Below, one piece after another: positions 51,574 to 64,000 of a DNA stretch of 64,000 bases. The stretch is taken from NCBI RefSeq assembly GCF_006345805.1, contig NC_043002.1:70246001-70310000 (forward strand), in the 5' to 3' direction. Below the pieces are notes generated by a model. It was not told where the DNA came from, searched no databases, and saw only the letters and a program-made list of their open reading frames with translations. Numbering within the stretch: position 1 is the first letter of the stretch; every line of letters starts with the position of its first letter. This DNA is from Octopus sinensis (Eukaryota). A program made the position numbers and the translations under genes.

Positions 51574-52239
51574 ACACTGTGCTTCGTTCACGACTACGAC
51601 CTCGGCCTCGCCTTCACCGACACCGACAGCTTTACCCTTCACCTTCATCAAGCAATTTTATTGATTTTCTTCATTAGATCATTTGTCTGTCCGTATGAAT
51701 TTTAACTTTCAGGAAAAAAAAAAAAGAAAGGAAAAGTTTTTGAGATTTTCCAGCGACATTTTTTTTTTCACTGAAGCAAGATGAAAAAAAAAAAGAAAGA
51801 AGTACAGCAACAACAGCAGTAGCAGCAACAATGGAAGAAACAAAATGAAATAAATAAATAAATAAATAAATAAAATATAAAAATAGAGTTAAACAAACGC
51901 AAATGGCGAATGAACTTTTATTATTTTTTTGCTGTTTTTTTTTTTTTTTTTTTAAAGAGAGAAATACTGTTGCGAAAGAATTCGAAGAAACATAAATGTA
52001 CATACATACATACATACATACACAACGGCACATGCGCACACATAAAAAAAAGAAACATACATACATGTACACACATTGACAGGCTGGCTGATATACGCGT
52101 AATCACAAGCGCATACACAAACTAATTGCGATGAAAGAAACTATATTTTAAGCTTAAGGTCAAGTTGGTAGTTTTTAAATTAGCATTGATCTCGCTCTTG
52201 CGCTCATGGAGGAAACAGTCTTTTCATCATACGCACACA

Positions 52240-52313
52240 CAGACACATACACTCACACACACTCGCACAAAGGCACACACGCAATTACACACATATACAG
52301 ACATGTATATATG

Positions 52314-52353
<40 letters not shown>

Positions 52354-52572
52354 GTGTATATATATATATATATATACTATGTACGCATAAATATAGATAC
52401 AGATATATATGTATATATATATATATATATATACTATGTACGCATAAATATAGATACAGATATATATATATGTATATATATATATTATATATATATTATA
52501 TATATATATATATATATTCATATACGTGTATATGTACGTATGTGCGCATACATATAAATATAAATATATATG

Positions 52573-52620
<48 letters not shown>

Positions 52621-52800
52621 AATGTACGTATGTAAGCATACATAGAAATATATATGTAGATATATATGTGTATACACACACGCACACGTTCATATATACA
52701 TACATATGTATGTGTATACACATACATACATACATACATACATACATACATACATACATACATACATACATACATACATACATACATGCATGCATACATA
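52240..52800. repeat. Compound CA/TA/TACA microsatellite with a short internal direct repeat
   Basis: TACTATGTACGCATAAATATAGATACAGATATATAT occurs twice (about 52375 and 52432). Confidence 0.9.
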
Positions 52801-54084
52801 CAAACTTTTTACGTATTCCAGTATGCTTGTGGCATATTCGAACCCGTAAGAAAGCTGTCTAATGTATATTGTTTTCGAGAAATTTCTCGCTGCAAACAGA
52901 TAAATGTAAACATACCAAGTCGGTTTGCGGCTCTCTAACCAGACTGGTTGATGCATGCAACCTGAGCGGTTGTGTCTTCTTGAGTGCTAAAGAACTGAGG
53001 TAGATCAGAGCTTAGCGTTTTTATCCTGTATTTTATATACGGTGTGCCGTCGATTAGCGCAATCAGGGAATATCATAAAAAAAAAAAGACCTCTCGTCAG
53101 TTCATATTTTCCGGTCTGTAGTATCGAAGGGGAGATAAACACTCTGAAAAGAATGCGTCCACCATTCCGGTCTGGAGATCTGCGAACAGATCCGGTGTGT
53201 TTACACCTATCTCTCAACTGTAAAATGTTTCTCCATGATAAAATATGATGAACAATTTTCTTAATGGTTAGAATATGCTTCAAGCATATTTGAATCGGGA
53301 ATAAGTTTTGTCTATATTTTCTCTCGCTTTCTCTCTCTCACTCTCTCTCTTCTTCTTCTTCTCTCTCTGACTGTACATTATGCTGTACATTAGTTCATTC
53401 ACTCAATCAAATCGACATTGCTTGTGCAGGTGCACGATGTGCCACGCGCCAGGCGTGGAAGTGACCGCAGAGTAACGCGAGATGAAGTGATTTGCTCACG
53501 AATCTCTAAGTTCAAGAATAGAAACCACGATATCTCGATCGCAAGTACAACGCTCAAACCACCAGGCCATGCGCTCTCGTACACTTAGTTAATTTATGTT
53601 AAAGACCCTCAAGATGGATGACCGGCAAAGCTGACCTCTCGATGATATAAAACGTGAAAACACCGAAAGGACTTCTATGTGACGTTTCCTTACCAACCAA
53701 TACGAGGAAAATATATCAATGAGATATAAGTACAGCTGAAATGCAGATCTACTCGGAAATATATCTCTGAAACATATTGAAGAAAAAAAATAACAATAGA
53801 TGATATATACTGTATCTTCTTTGAACAAGCAACAGATATTCATGGCTACATGATACCTCCATTAGTAGAACAAATATGACAGCGCTAGGAGGATATTGCC
53901 TCGCAAATAAAAAAAAAAACTGGTGATTTATGGAAATAGACAAAATATCATAAACGCAATGAGGTTTAATATGCTTTATAAAATGCCTTATATGCCTCCC
54001 ACCACCAAATTATAATTTTAGAAAATATGATGCATATAATACATTAATAAATTTGTGCTTTCAAGAACCTCTTCGTGATATATA

Positions 54085-54215
54085 TATATATACAACAAAC
54101 AGGTGTATTAGTATAACGCTCGGGAAGTGAAAAAGTCTTTAACGTTTCGAGCCCACGCTCTTTCACAGAAAGGCACACTGAAAGAAACAAGGAGAGAAAA
54201 TAAAGAATGTGTATA
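54085..54215 (-). mobile_element. Dispersed element with a hammerhead-like scaffold (non-canonical core)
   Basis: Minus strand CTTT-CTGTGAA-A-GAGC-gtgg-GCTC-GAAA-CG-TT-AAAG (54137-54172). Confidence 0.6.
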
Positions 54216-54229
54216 AATATATGTACATA

Positions 54230-54260
<31 letters not shown>

Positions 54261-54696
54261 GCATATTTTATGCATGCATATTATATATGTAAAAACACAA
54301 ACATGCACACACACATCTCATTTATCACGAGTGCTTGGTTTCTCTCCACTAAAGAGCACAGTATTAAATGAACCAGAGATAAATGAGTAATAGACGATAT
54401 GGGGAAAATTGGTGAGCATTGTGGTCCGTCGCTGGTGTGATCGTTTGTAGTCCAATAGAATCCGCGTTGTCACCGATCAATTCGTGATGAGAGTAACATG
54501 CTTCACAATTGAGTGTACCGTACTACCCGGATCAGTGATGAATGAACCAGTGACAAATGGCTCAGTGATAAACGAGGATTGATGTACATATATCGGTCAT
54601 TACCATATTATAAGACATACTTCGAAGAATTTCGAAGATAGATATTTACACCAGTCATTTTGATAATATAAGAGGTTTCGAAGAATTTTGTGCCAG

Positions 54697-54729
<33 letters not shown>

Positions 54730-55452
54730 TTATATATATTTGACCACCAACTTCCCCAGGCTTACCTCCTTATCTCCTCCCTCTGCCCTCCACTCTCCAC
54801 CCAACCCATTCTCCGCTTCATTCTTAATCTCAACCACCAACTCCACAATATCCTCACACACACAAAAAACAAAAAACTCCTCGCGGTGTTGTGTTTTTTG
54901 TGCTTTCTTGTTTGGATTAACAACTATATATATATATTTATATATATATACATTGCTTTGATTAAATACAAGAACACGTTTGGTTCCATACTTTATGAGA
55001 GCATTCTGTGGTCATTCACTTTATCTTATGCAACGCAACACATCAGGCTAATAATTATGTATTTAGACATAATTTTCCTGGTTATTGATCTCTTTGTGCA
55101 CGAACGCGTAAGGGTTCTAAAATAAATTTACAAAATCATGTATAACACAAGGACTGTTTCGCTGTTATGCTGATGAAAGTATCACATCTTTTTGCAGTTC
55201 AATGAACGAGTAAATTCTCATAACACATATACAGATATATGTTTGTATATAATTACGTATGTATGTTCGTATGTATGTTCGTATGTATGTTCGTATGTAT
55301 GCATAAATAAATAAATACATATATACATGTAATTATGCTTCAATATGTATGTGTATGTACACACACGTATAATGTATATACAAATACATTATATATATAT
55401 AAATATTACATATTTCATGTATATATATATATGTATGTATGTATATAAATAT

Positions 55453-55485
<33 letters not shown>

Positions 55486-55503
55486 TATACAGTATATAAT
55501 ATA

Positions 55504-55579
<76 letters not shown>

Positions 55580-55612
55580 ACACACACATATATCCATATA
55601 TATATAAATATA

Positions 55613-56495
55613 CAGGATGCGGGGAATAAGGTCTCGTCTAAATTACGCAAAAATGAAAATAACACTGACACCTCAGTTTAACAGATATATTTACCAAATT
55701 TTCATAAAAATATCTTGAAATACTAAAGACTAGATTTATTCAATAAAATCGTCATTGGCTTCAACCACAGCATCCAGACGACTTCGGAATCCTCTGCAAC
55801 TCTTCTAGATGGTCACCTTGTTTAGGATGGTGAATGCTGCCATAATCCTTGTCTTCAGTTATTTGGTGTTACAAGGAATTTTGTTTATCTCTCGCTCAAC
55901 TGCCCAGCCACTCACCACATAATATCGAAGGGAGTTGGAGTCTGGGGAGTCAGGTGGCCAGATGTTACGGATGATGTGGTCGCAGAAATTGTTTGACAGC
56001 CATGACTGGGTTCTCCTGTTTATGTGGCATGGTGACGAGTCCTGTTGCCGCAGATACGGTCTTCCAGCAGCTACCCTCTTGACCCAAGGCAGTACCACCT
56101 CCTTCAGACACTTGGTGTAGGCCTCCGTGTTAAGTTTGATGCCGTGTGGGAAAATAAATGGTGGCATAACGTCGTTATCACTAGTGATTACTCCAAACAC
56201 AATGATGTTGACTGGATGTCAGTAATTTTTAGGGACATAGCAAGTCGAAAGTTGTTCTGTGTGTTTACCATCTAATCCTGGTAGAAATGTTTCTCGTCTG
56301 AGAAAAACTAAAGTATGTTCGGTCGGTGGGGATGCTTGAGTTTGTTCAAAAGCTTCGTAGCGCGCTCTTTTCTCTTGTTCTTTATGTTTTGGGATAAAAA
56401 TTGGCCCTTTCTCATTTTGTATGAGGAATACTGAATGACTTCATGCACTACCTGCCTGATAATAAACTCAGACACTCTCATGTCCATGGCAATGA
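55613..56495 (-). mobile_element. Tc1/mariner DD37D (maT-like) transposon, 3' two-thirds, inactive
   Basis: FFSDEK, VFGVITSD, QQDSSPCH, WPPDSPD. There are 37 residues between the second Asp and the third catalytic position, which is altered here. Terminus TA-CAGGATGCGG at 55611. Confidence 0.85.
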
Positions 56496-56549
56496 ACTAA
56501 AAATTTAAAATGGCGACAATTTACCCATCGCTCTCTCTCTCTCTCTCTC

Positions 56550-56617
<68 letters not shown>

Positions 56618-56623
56618 GTAATA

Positions 56624-56673
<50 letters not shown>

Positions 56674-57118
56674 GTAATATTATATGTATATATATATATA
56701 ATATATATATATATATATAGATATATATATATGTACATATTATATGTATTATATACATACATAAAATACATACAAGTATACACACAAACATATACATATG
56801 TATATGGCTGTCCCTGTGTGTATAAGCAAGCATCATACGTACAGACGCGCAAACATAATTTTCCTGTAATTGTGTATACTCAATGCAGAAGATTCCTGAA
56901 CAAGCAAATTCATTGCAAGAAAGACTTCCGTCATCTTCTATTACCGTCAATGCCTGCAGCAATATTACTCTGACCTCCAACCAATGTTTCGTAACGTATA
57001 TGCGCTAACAATTGAACGATATATAATACATAACAATTGAAAGACTAATAGTATATAACAGTTGAACCATATTCAATAGTTTTCCTTACTCTGATATCAA
57101 TGCTATACATACAGCTTA

Positions 57119-58015
57119 CACTGACAAACAAAATTTTTATTGCATTGATATCAACAACTGTATTACCTAATTTCAGTATGCTGAATTCAAATATGAAGTT
57201 AGTTTATCTCTGTAAGCTCTAGATGTTTTGGAATTAAGTTTTCTTTTTTATATATTTTCCAAATTTCGAATATTTCCCGAGATATATTGCAATCCATCTG
57301 ATAATTTTCTCATACTGCTATCTTCAAACTAGACGGAAAAGAACAAATATCTATGCATTGAGATTCTAACTTTATTCTAATATACGAGTTAGTACACCAC
57401 AATAAGAATGAAGCTATAAAAATGAATGTTATCATGTACTGGTTCTTTTCACCATCTGCTTTTAAGCTGAAAAATATATATTATGAAGAAATGATAGGTG
57501 TACTTAGTTGAGAAACTGATGAGGATGGAAGATAAAACACATATAGATCTTATTTAGGCAAGAATTTGTGTTTGGAGCTCTTGCATTTGTAGACTTACTT
57601 AGGGAAATCTCATTTAATGTTCCAACAGTAGTCTGCCATCATGTTTTTGTCCCGTCTTCCTTGATAACGCTCTACCGTGGTTTTGAGGTCTGGGTGGAAG
57701 CACTTTTCTTGTTCATCATTTATATCTCCAAGGTTTTCAGGGAATTGATCGAGGTGACAATGCAGGAGAAAGATTTTAACACTCATATTACACCCAAGAT
57801 CATGGAAAGCCAACAGTATACTATTTAAAGAATTTCAGTCATCCACTTTATTGTTTCCTAGGTAATTTTTTATGACTGCTACGAATGACAGCCATGCTGT
57901 TCTTTCTTTGCCATCCATCTCTCCGACAGATTCATCATCACGTACAAGGGCACGGATCTGAGGTCCATCAAATACACCTGCTTTGATCTTCTCGAACGAC
58001 AAACTCATGCAACAG
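57119..58015 (-). mobile_element. Chapaev3-like (CMC superfamily) transposon, 3' remnant
   Basis: KIKAGVFDGPQIRAL...AWLSF...YLGN...LGCNMSVKIFLLHCHLDQFPENLGDINDEQ...FH.D....ERYQGR...MMADYCW; CACTG terminus at 57119. Confidence 0.75.
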
Positions 58016-58149
58016 AAAATTTTAAAAGAAATTGATGTCTGGTGTTATTATTGCAATTAACAGCAATGCTTTCGTGTATTTGTTGGAATATTCATTTTCT
58101 TTAACATACACACAGGCTTTCAAACTTATAATGGTACAAATTTTGGTAA

Positions 58150-58345
58150 AAGGACAGCAATTTTTCAAGGAGGGGTAAGTTGATTACATCAACCCCAATA
58201 TTCAACTAGTATACATTTTGTTGACCACAGAGGGGTAAATGCACAGTTGGCCTCGTCGGAATTTGAACCCAGGTTGTAAAGAACTGTACGAAAGGCTGTT
58301 AAGCACTTTGTTTGACTCGTTAACGATTCTACCTGCTCATCGCCT
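58150..58345 (-). mobile_element. Old SINE family B remnant
   Basis: GATTACATCAACCCC...GGCCTCGTCGGAATTTGAAC...TAACGATTCTACC. Confidence 0.65.
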
Positions 58346-59429
58346 TAGCTTTGCAAATCCAAGCGTTGCAAACTGGTTTAGAAGTTCACTCAGCAACCAG
58401 CAAACTCTGGGATTGATCCCACTGTGAGGCTCAGTAGGTGTATCTTCACAAAAGTGAAAATATACCGAAGAGTAGCTATCGTTAGAGCACATGAACAACA
58501 AGACTAAATATTCCAAAGATGAGAATCAGACAGACGAATACTTGAAAGGTAGTTATCAGACGAAAGAAAATAATGCTACGTAGTTTATATACTACTTATA
58601 CAGCAAGGAAGACCGACACTTGTAACAAAGGAAGAAATCACTACACTATGACTGCGTTAAATAAAATCATGAAGACAGTTTCCAAATATATATATATCAA
58701 TACACAATTTCCAGGTGTCAACAATAGAAATAAAAATCAAAAAGATGGATGCTTACGCGTTTGAGGTTCATTGCAAAATCGTGGTAAAAGGAAAGGAATT
58801 CTGGCACATTCAAAATAAAGATTTTGTTTGATTTATGATATTATAATGAACTGACGGTGGTGGCGGCTCTGATTCCGAAATGAGCAGTACTAGTAGGAAA
58901 TTTTTAACTGGAGCTATTGTGAAGGAAGTTAATTTTGGTTCTTAGGTTACGGTTTTTTTCTCAGCTTTTGCTTTTACTACATCGTCACTGGCAAGCACGA
59001 TAACCAATGATTCCAATAGGGAACGTGTATAGACACATGGAGTTCATGATTTTTCATAGGTAAGATTAAAATAATGAATATTTTTAACAAGCCCATTGGC
59101 TAATCGTAACTCTAGTGCCTGTTCTGGTACTGTTATTCTATATATCACTGGCGGGGATGAATCGCTGCTATATCTAGCGAGCGAGCGTCCATCGTTGACA
59201 AGACCAAGGAAAGTTAAAATCACTTGATCTGATGGTCTCGGCGCTGGAGGTGGTGGCGATTTACCCTCCCCTCTAATGATGTAAACAAGAGTGCATTTTC
59301 CCAATATGAGAGTTTCTCTCATGGTGTTTACCACAGTATACCTTGTTCTAACAGAACATCCACATTCACGTTGGGACAAATATTACCTCTCGGCATTAAT
59401 ATTGTCTCTGTCGCTAATAAAAGTTTTAT

Positions 59430-60125
59430 CAAATATAATGTAATCTCACACTTTGATTGGTGAAGCACGATCTTGAAGAGTTTAGTTGAAGAAATCGACC
59501 CCAGTGTTTTTAAAAGTCTGATACCTATTCTTTCGGTCACTTTTGGTAAACCACAAAGTTGGGGAGCGTAAATAAACCAGCACCAGTTGTCAAGTGGTGT
59601 GGGGGACAGTCAGAAAGAAACAAACTTACACACCATACACACACATATGTATATATATGTATGTATGAAGGTGTAAGATGAGCTTCCACACAGTTTCCGT
59701 TAATCAAATTCACTCACAAGGCATTAATTAATGTAGAAGACAATTGCTCAAGGTGCCGTGAAATCGGCCTGAGCCCAAAAGCACGTGGTTGCCAAGCGTC
59801 GTACTTCTTAACTCCACAACCATGTATGTGCCCTTTTATGACACAGCATATGACCCAGATCAGAGGATACCAATATTCCCAGTTCATCATAGAAATAACC
59901 CAAGATTACTTCAGGTCCTGGCGTTGTCAGATAATGCGCTTGTCTATGTGCCTGTATCTTTGTGTCTGTCACTACCACTTGAAAACCGATGCTGGTTTAT
60001 TTACATCATTGTAACTTAGCAATTCAGTAAAAGGAACAACAGAACAAGTATCAAATTTTTAACAATTAACATAAGTACTGGGATCATTTTGTTCGATAAA
60101 ATCCTTCCAGAGTGGTTCTCTAATA
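59430..60125. mobile_element. Fragments of SINE family A in both orientations
   Basis: Minus-strand pieces at 59430-59620 and 59680-59830; plus-strand 3' piece at 59930-60125. Confidence 0.65.
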
Positions 60126-60314
60126 TGACTGCAGTCCAATGATTGAAGTAGGTGAAATATAAAATAAGAACAAATGATAAATGGTAAATGATAGAACATA
60201 GAATGAGATGCAAACAGTATAACCCCAAACTGCAGAATTAACAAAACATATAGAAAAAAAATCACTAAACCTAAATGACGGACCAGCTACCCACAATACA
60301 GATAAAACGATAAA

Positions 60315-60615
60315 CGTCGCCCTTTTCAAGCTTAGCCAGGCTCATGGGCCCGGTTTCCCGGTTTCTGTGGCATATGTGTTTACCCCAGCTGGACGCCAGT
60401 TCATCGCAGCGTTACTCAAGAAACAGGAAGAGAGAGTGAGAGAAAGTTGTGGCGAAGGAGTACAACAGGGATCACCACCAACCCCTGCCGGAGCCTCGTG
60501 GAGCTTTTAGGTGTTTTTGCTCAATAAACACACACAACTCCCGGTCTGGGAATCGAAAGTGCGATCCTCCGACCGCGAGTCCGCTGCCCTAACCACTGGA
60601 CCATTGCGCCTCCCC
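60315..60615 (-). mobile_element. SINE family C, full length
   Basis: Minus-strand head GGAGGCGCAATGGTCCAGTGGTTAGGGCAGCGGACTCGCGGTCGGAGGATCGCAC.TTCGATTCCCAGACCGGG. Confidence 0.88.
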
Positions 60616-61744
60616 CACAATACAGAAGTAGGAAAATATTAAAATAAGAGTGACGAAACATTGAGCAGACGTAATATAGGCAAAGAGGAAGCGACATAAA
60701 ATCAGCTGACTATGAAGGTGAGATATTTTATAACTGAGAAAAATGACTTCACAATAGATCAAAGAATGATGTAAGAAAATGAAAACAAAAAGAGGGTCCA
60801 AGCATGAATCAGAAACGAAACGTCAAACAAAGCAAAACAACATTGCATAAGATGGACACACAAGAAACAATACATAAGATGAAGACAACCGCAGAAGACG
60901 ACAAAAGGAGAATGCGACTAAGAATAAAACAACATTAAGAAATAAGCTATGAGTAAAGCAAAATTAGTAGAATTCATTTCTGTGATAAGATAACCAAGAA
61001 TGGAGAACAAAATTCATAACAGAGGCAGATAAGCACAATGTAATATCACAGTGGAATATAGAAGAAAGAAAAGTAAAACAGAGTGAAAGAATGGAACACA
61101 AATACGTATAACGACATAAACAGAAAAAAAAAAGATGAATGAAGAGAAAACAAAAGGACCAACCGTGAAGACAAGCAAAGGCTACCAGAGATAAAACAAC
61201 CATGGAAGTTATCGACAGAAAGATAACAAGACAAATAATAAACAACAATATTTATAGGTGAAGAATGACAACAATAAAATTAGAAGAATTCACATCAAAT
61301 ACCAATGAATTATAAAGTTACGAGACAGCTAAACATATAGAACTAATGCATGTAATTTAGGCATTAGGTCAGGAAATTTGAGGGGAGGGGCTTTATCAAT
61401 GCTATAGACCTGAATAGTTAATTGGCACTTTATTTTATCACTCCTGCATACGCCTCCATCCCTCATAACAAATATGGAAGATCGTCGATAATGTCGCTTC
61501 AAACTTCAAATCATTACAAAATTGCTGCTTTTTTTTCTAAGAAGTCGCAAATATTGAAGCAACCAACAACATTACTTAACGGAAATCACAAGTATTGTTT
61601 GAATGCTCCCACTGAAAGAGGTTTCTTCTGCATAACTTCTAGACCAGTGAACTTCAACTATTTATTTTTCTATGGATCCCTTTGTTTCCTATTTTACTTA
61701 GGTGGACTCCTATAGCCATTCGGTTTTTAGAAATATCTTAAAGA

Positions 61745-62000
61745 AGGGCAAAGACTTCCATGGGATTACATCTAGAAAGTTTCTCACCGAGGCATGAGTT
61801 CGGGCAAGGTGGTTTACGGAGGACTAGCCGTCGCCATGTTTACCAGCCTCTCCACGCCACCGATGTTATCCAAGAGATAGGCAAAGGCCGATACAGCTGA
61901 CTGATCTGGAGTAACGTGAAATAAAGTGTCTTGCTCAAGAACACCACACAGTTCGGTCCAATAATCGAACGCAAAATCTCATGCTTGTGATCCCCACGTT
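61745..62000 (-). mobile_element. tRNA-derived SINE (family E), diverged
   Basis: Minus-strand head GCATGGCTCAGTGGTTAC...GTTCGATT and TTCTTGAGCAAGACACTTTATTTCACGTT. Confidence 0.65.
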
Positions 62001-62465
62001 GTAACCACTGAGCCATGCAATACTCTTATAATTAAATATTGATAACTGCATAAAATTTTGTGTATTGTAGAACAACCGATTTATTGTACATATATTTTAG
62101 CAACAATCCCAAAAGTCGTATGGACACGATAGACGATAGAAAGACCAATATCTATTGATTCAAATCCATAGACTTTATATCTAACGAATATCGCAAAATA
62201 GTTACAATTTGCAGGAACATAGGCCTGCATTAAGTAGATTCCCTTACATCTTATCTGTTATATCATATTAATGCACAAGCTCTGCTTTGATCTGAAACGT
62301 ATTCGAACACATGGTCTACTTTGACCAATGAAAATCGACCTTCTTCAGGATATAATATCTGACTGAATAGAAGTATACCATACATAAGTGAAACCCAATG
62401 TAACTGGAATGAATCAATAACTGAACATCAATACGTATATACATGTCTGCGTATGTGTGTGTGTT

Positions 62466-62522
<57 letters not shown>

Positions 62523-63177
62523 GTTTTTACATAGATATAAATACATGCGATTGTATCTATGTATCAAAGTATTTCACCTAAAACTAAACCCTTCCCCACT
62601 CCTAAACCACATGTTATGGGAATACTTTATATGTAGGTTTAAAAGGGAGGTTATTGAAGACCGGTTATATGTAGGTGCTACAAGAATATAAGATATATCG
62701 TTTTAATCGCTCCAAGCACAATACATTTGAGTTGAACGAGATTAATGTTAAGATTTTGAGATAAATCATTCGTCTGGTAGTTTCTTTATCCTGTCGAGTC
62801 GGTTTTCATGTGCAGCTTTCGTCTATATTTAATCACAGCCTTACCTAAATACTTCCAATGAAATGAAATACAGTCGAAATAACCGACTCTCTTTACATCA
62901 TCAAATGAATTCGTTCTTTATTCGGACGTCAGTGTCACGACAATAAAGGATTTAAAATTTCAGAAAAGTAAGGTTATTATCTGTTGAAAGACAGCTGCTA
63001 CTCTGTACTAGTCCACCACGAATATTTGACTGTATACAATCAATATATTTGTGAACCAGCAGATACAGGCATACGAGTATTATGCACGAAATCACAATGT
63101 CATACACATTAGAACTCTCATTTCTACATCCGTAAATGTGCCAAATAACACCCTATATATGCATATCTTTACAGGAA

Positions 63178-63505
63178 GGTGAAATCGCGTGGCTTAGTGG
63201 TTAAGGTATTCAGCTCCCGATAGTAAGGACGTGAGTTCGATTCCTGGCGGTGCATTGTGTTTTTGAGCAAGACATTTCATGTCACGTTGCTCAAATCCAC
63301 TCAGCTGGCAAAAAATGGGTGGCACCTGTACTTCAAAGGGCCGAGCTTGTCACATTCTGTGTCACGCTTAATCTCTCTGAGAACTACGTTAGGGAGCACG
63401 TGTGACTGTAGAGTGCTCAGCCACTTGCCTGTTAATTTCACGAGCTTGCTGTTCTGTTGATCGGATCAACTGGAACACTTGTCGTCGTAACCGACGGAGT
63501 GCCTG
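63178..63505 (+). mobile_element. SINE family D, full length
   Basis: GCGTGGCTTAGTGGTTAAGG A box, GAGTTCGATTCC B box, TTGAGCAAGACA core, 3' GATCAACTGGAAC...GTCGTAACCGACGGAGTGCC. Confidence 0.88.
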
Positions 63506-63933
63506 TACAGAAACGAAAGATCTCTGAAACATGACTAACTCTTATATCATTATTACTCAAACATAAACAGAGACCACACAAATGAGACAGCCACATACCG
63601 ATATGAAATATATTAGATACGCAATGGCTGGTTCTCTGGTGTAATAATATGATACAGGTGTAAGCATCACACCAGTATCAAATTATTGAAACGGTATACT
63701 ATTGGATGTGAGGAATCATTTCAAGATAAATTATGAAGTAGTTATAAGTGCTGATATGGTTTTATCTTACAATTAGAAGTGCAATCAATTTCTTTCTACT
63801 GTTGTTTGAATTTATTATGATATAAACTTACAACGTTTTCAAACTTCCACAAATCTGAGTTTTCTTTGGTAGTGAATAGCAGCTAGGATAGTGGATTTGC
63901 AAAAGATGGTAGTCAGTCGATGCACATATATTA

Positions 63934-64000
63934 TTGGGTTGTCCGGAAAGTTCGTGCCGATTTATAGTAGCTTACCTTTCAACTTATTTTAGAACATGGT
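63934..64000 (+). mobile_element. Probable left end of a mariner element (runs off the window)
   Basis: TA followed by TTGGGTTGTCCGGAAAGTTCGTGCCGATTT resembles mariner TIRs; the partner end is not visible. Confidence 0.5.

Noticed and set aside
54618-54690. Heat-shock element (TTCGAAGAATTTCGAAG)
   Set aside because: The GAA/TTC spacing does not fit nGAAnnTTCn.
45-63460. The many YI/MYV/HT/CV-rich ORFs in the track
   Set aside because: They are translations of (TA)n, (TACA)n, (CA)n and (GATA)n microsatellites and have no protein-like content.

Overview
Eukaryotic, repeat-saturated non-coding DNA. The SINE, LINE and microsatellite repertoire looks like an octopus (cephalopod) intron or intergenic region; this assignment comes from recalled repeat families, not from a search. 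No intact host gene, rRNA, true tRNA or CRISPR array could be supported. Most ORF-track entries are translations of microsatellites. Recognisable content: many tRNA-derived SINEs; three different 5'-truncated Dong/R4-like RLE LINEs sitting in (TAA)n; a decayed CR1-type LINE; a full-length but broken mariner plus other Tc1/mariner remnants (one DD37D maT-like); a Chapaev3-like remnant; a Helentron-associated (HINE-like) element; and Penelope GIY-YIG fragments. Main finding: 9704-13514 is a tandem array of about 6.9 near-identical, ORF-less units of about 550 bp. Each unit carries a type I hammerhead ribozyme fold (CUGAUGA...GAAA, palindromic stem III ACGUACGU, GUA cleavage triplet, stem I with an internal loop). 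This is the architecture of a retrozyme or newt-satellite-2-like element. The window also holds a diverged solo relative with its own hammerhead (35290-35645) and at least three other hammerhead or hammerhead-like dispersed families. Other oddities are a 207-bp near-perfect palindrome (32165-32371) and an 88-nt pre-miRNA-like hairpin (26650-26737). All folds were paired by eye and are untested.
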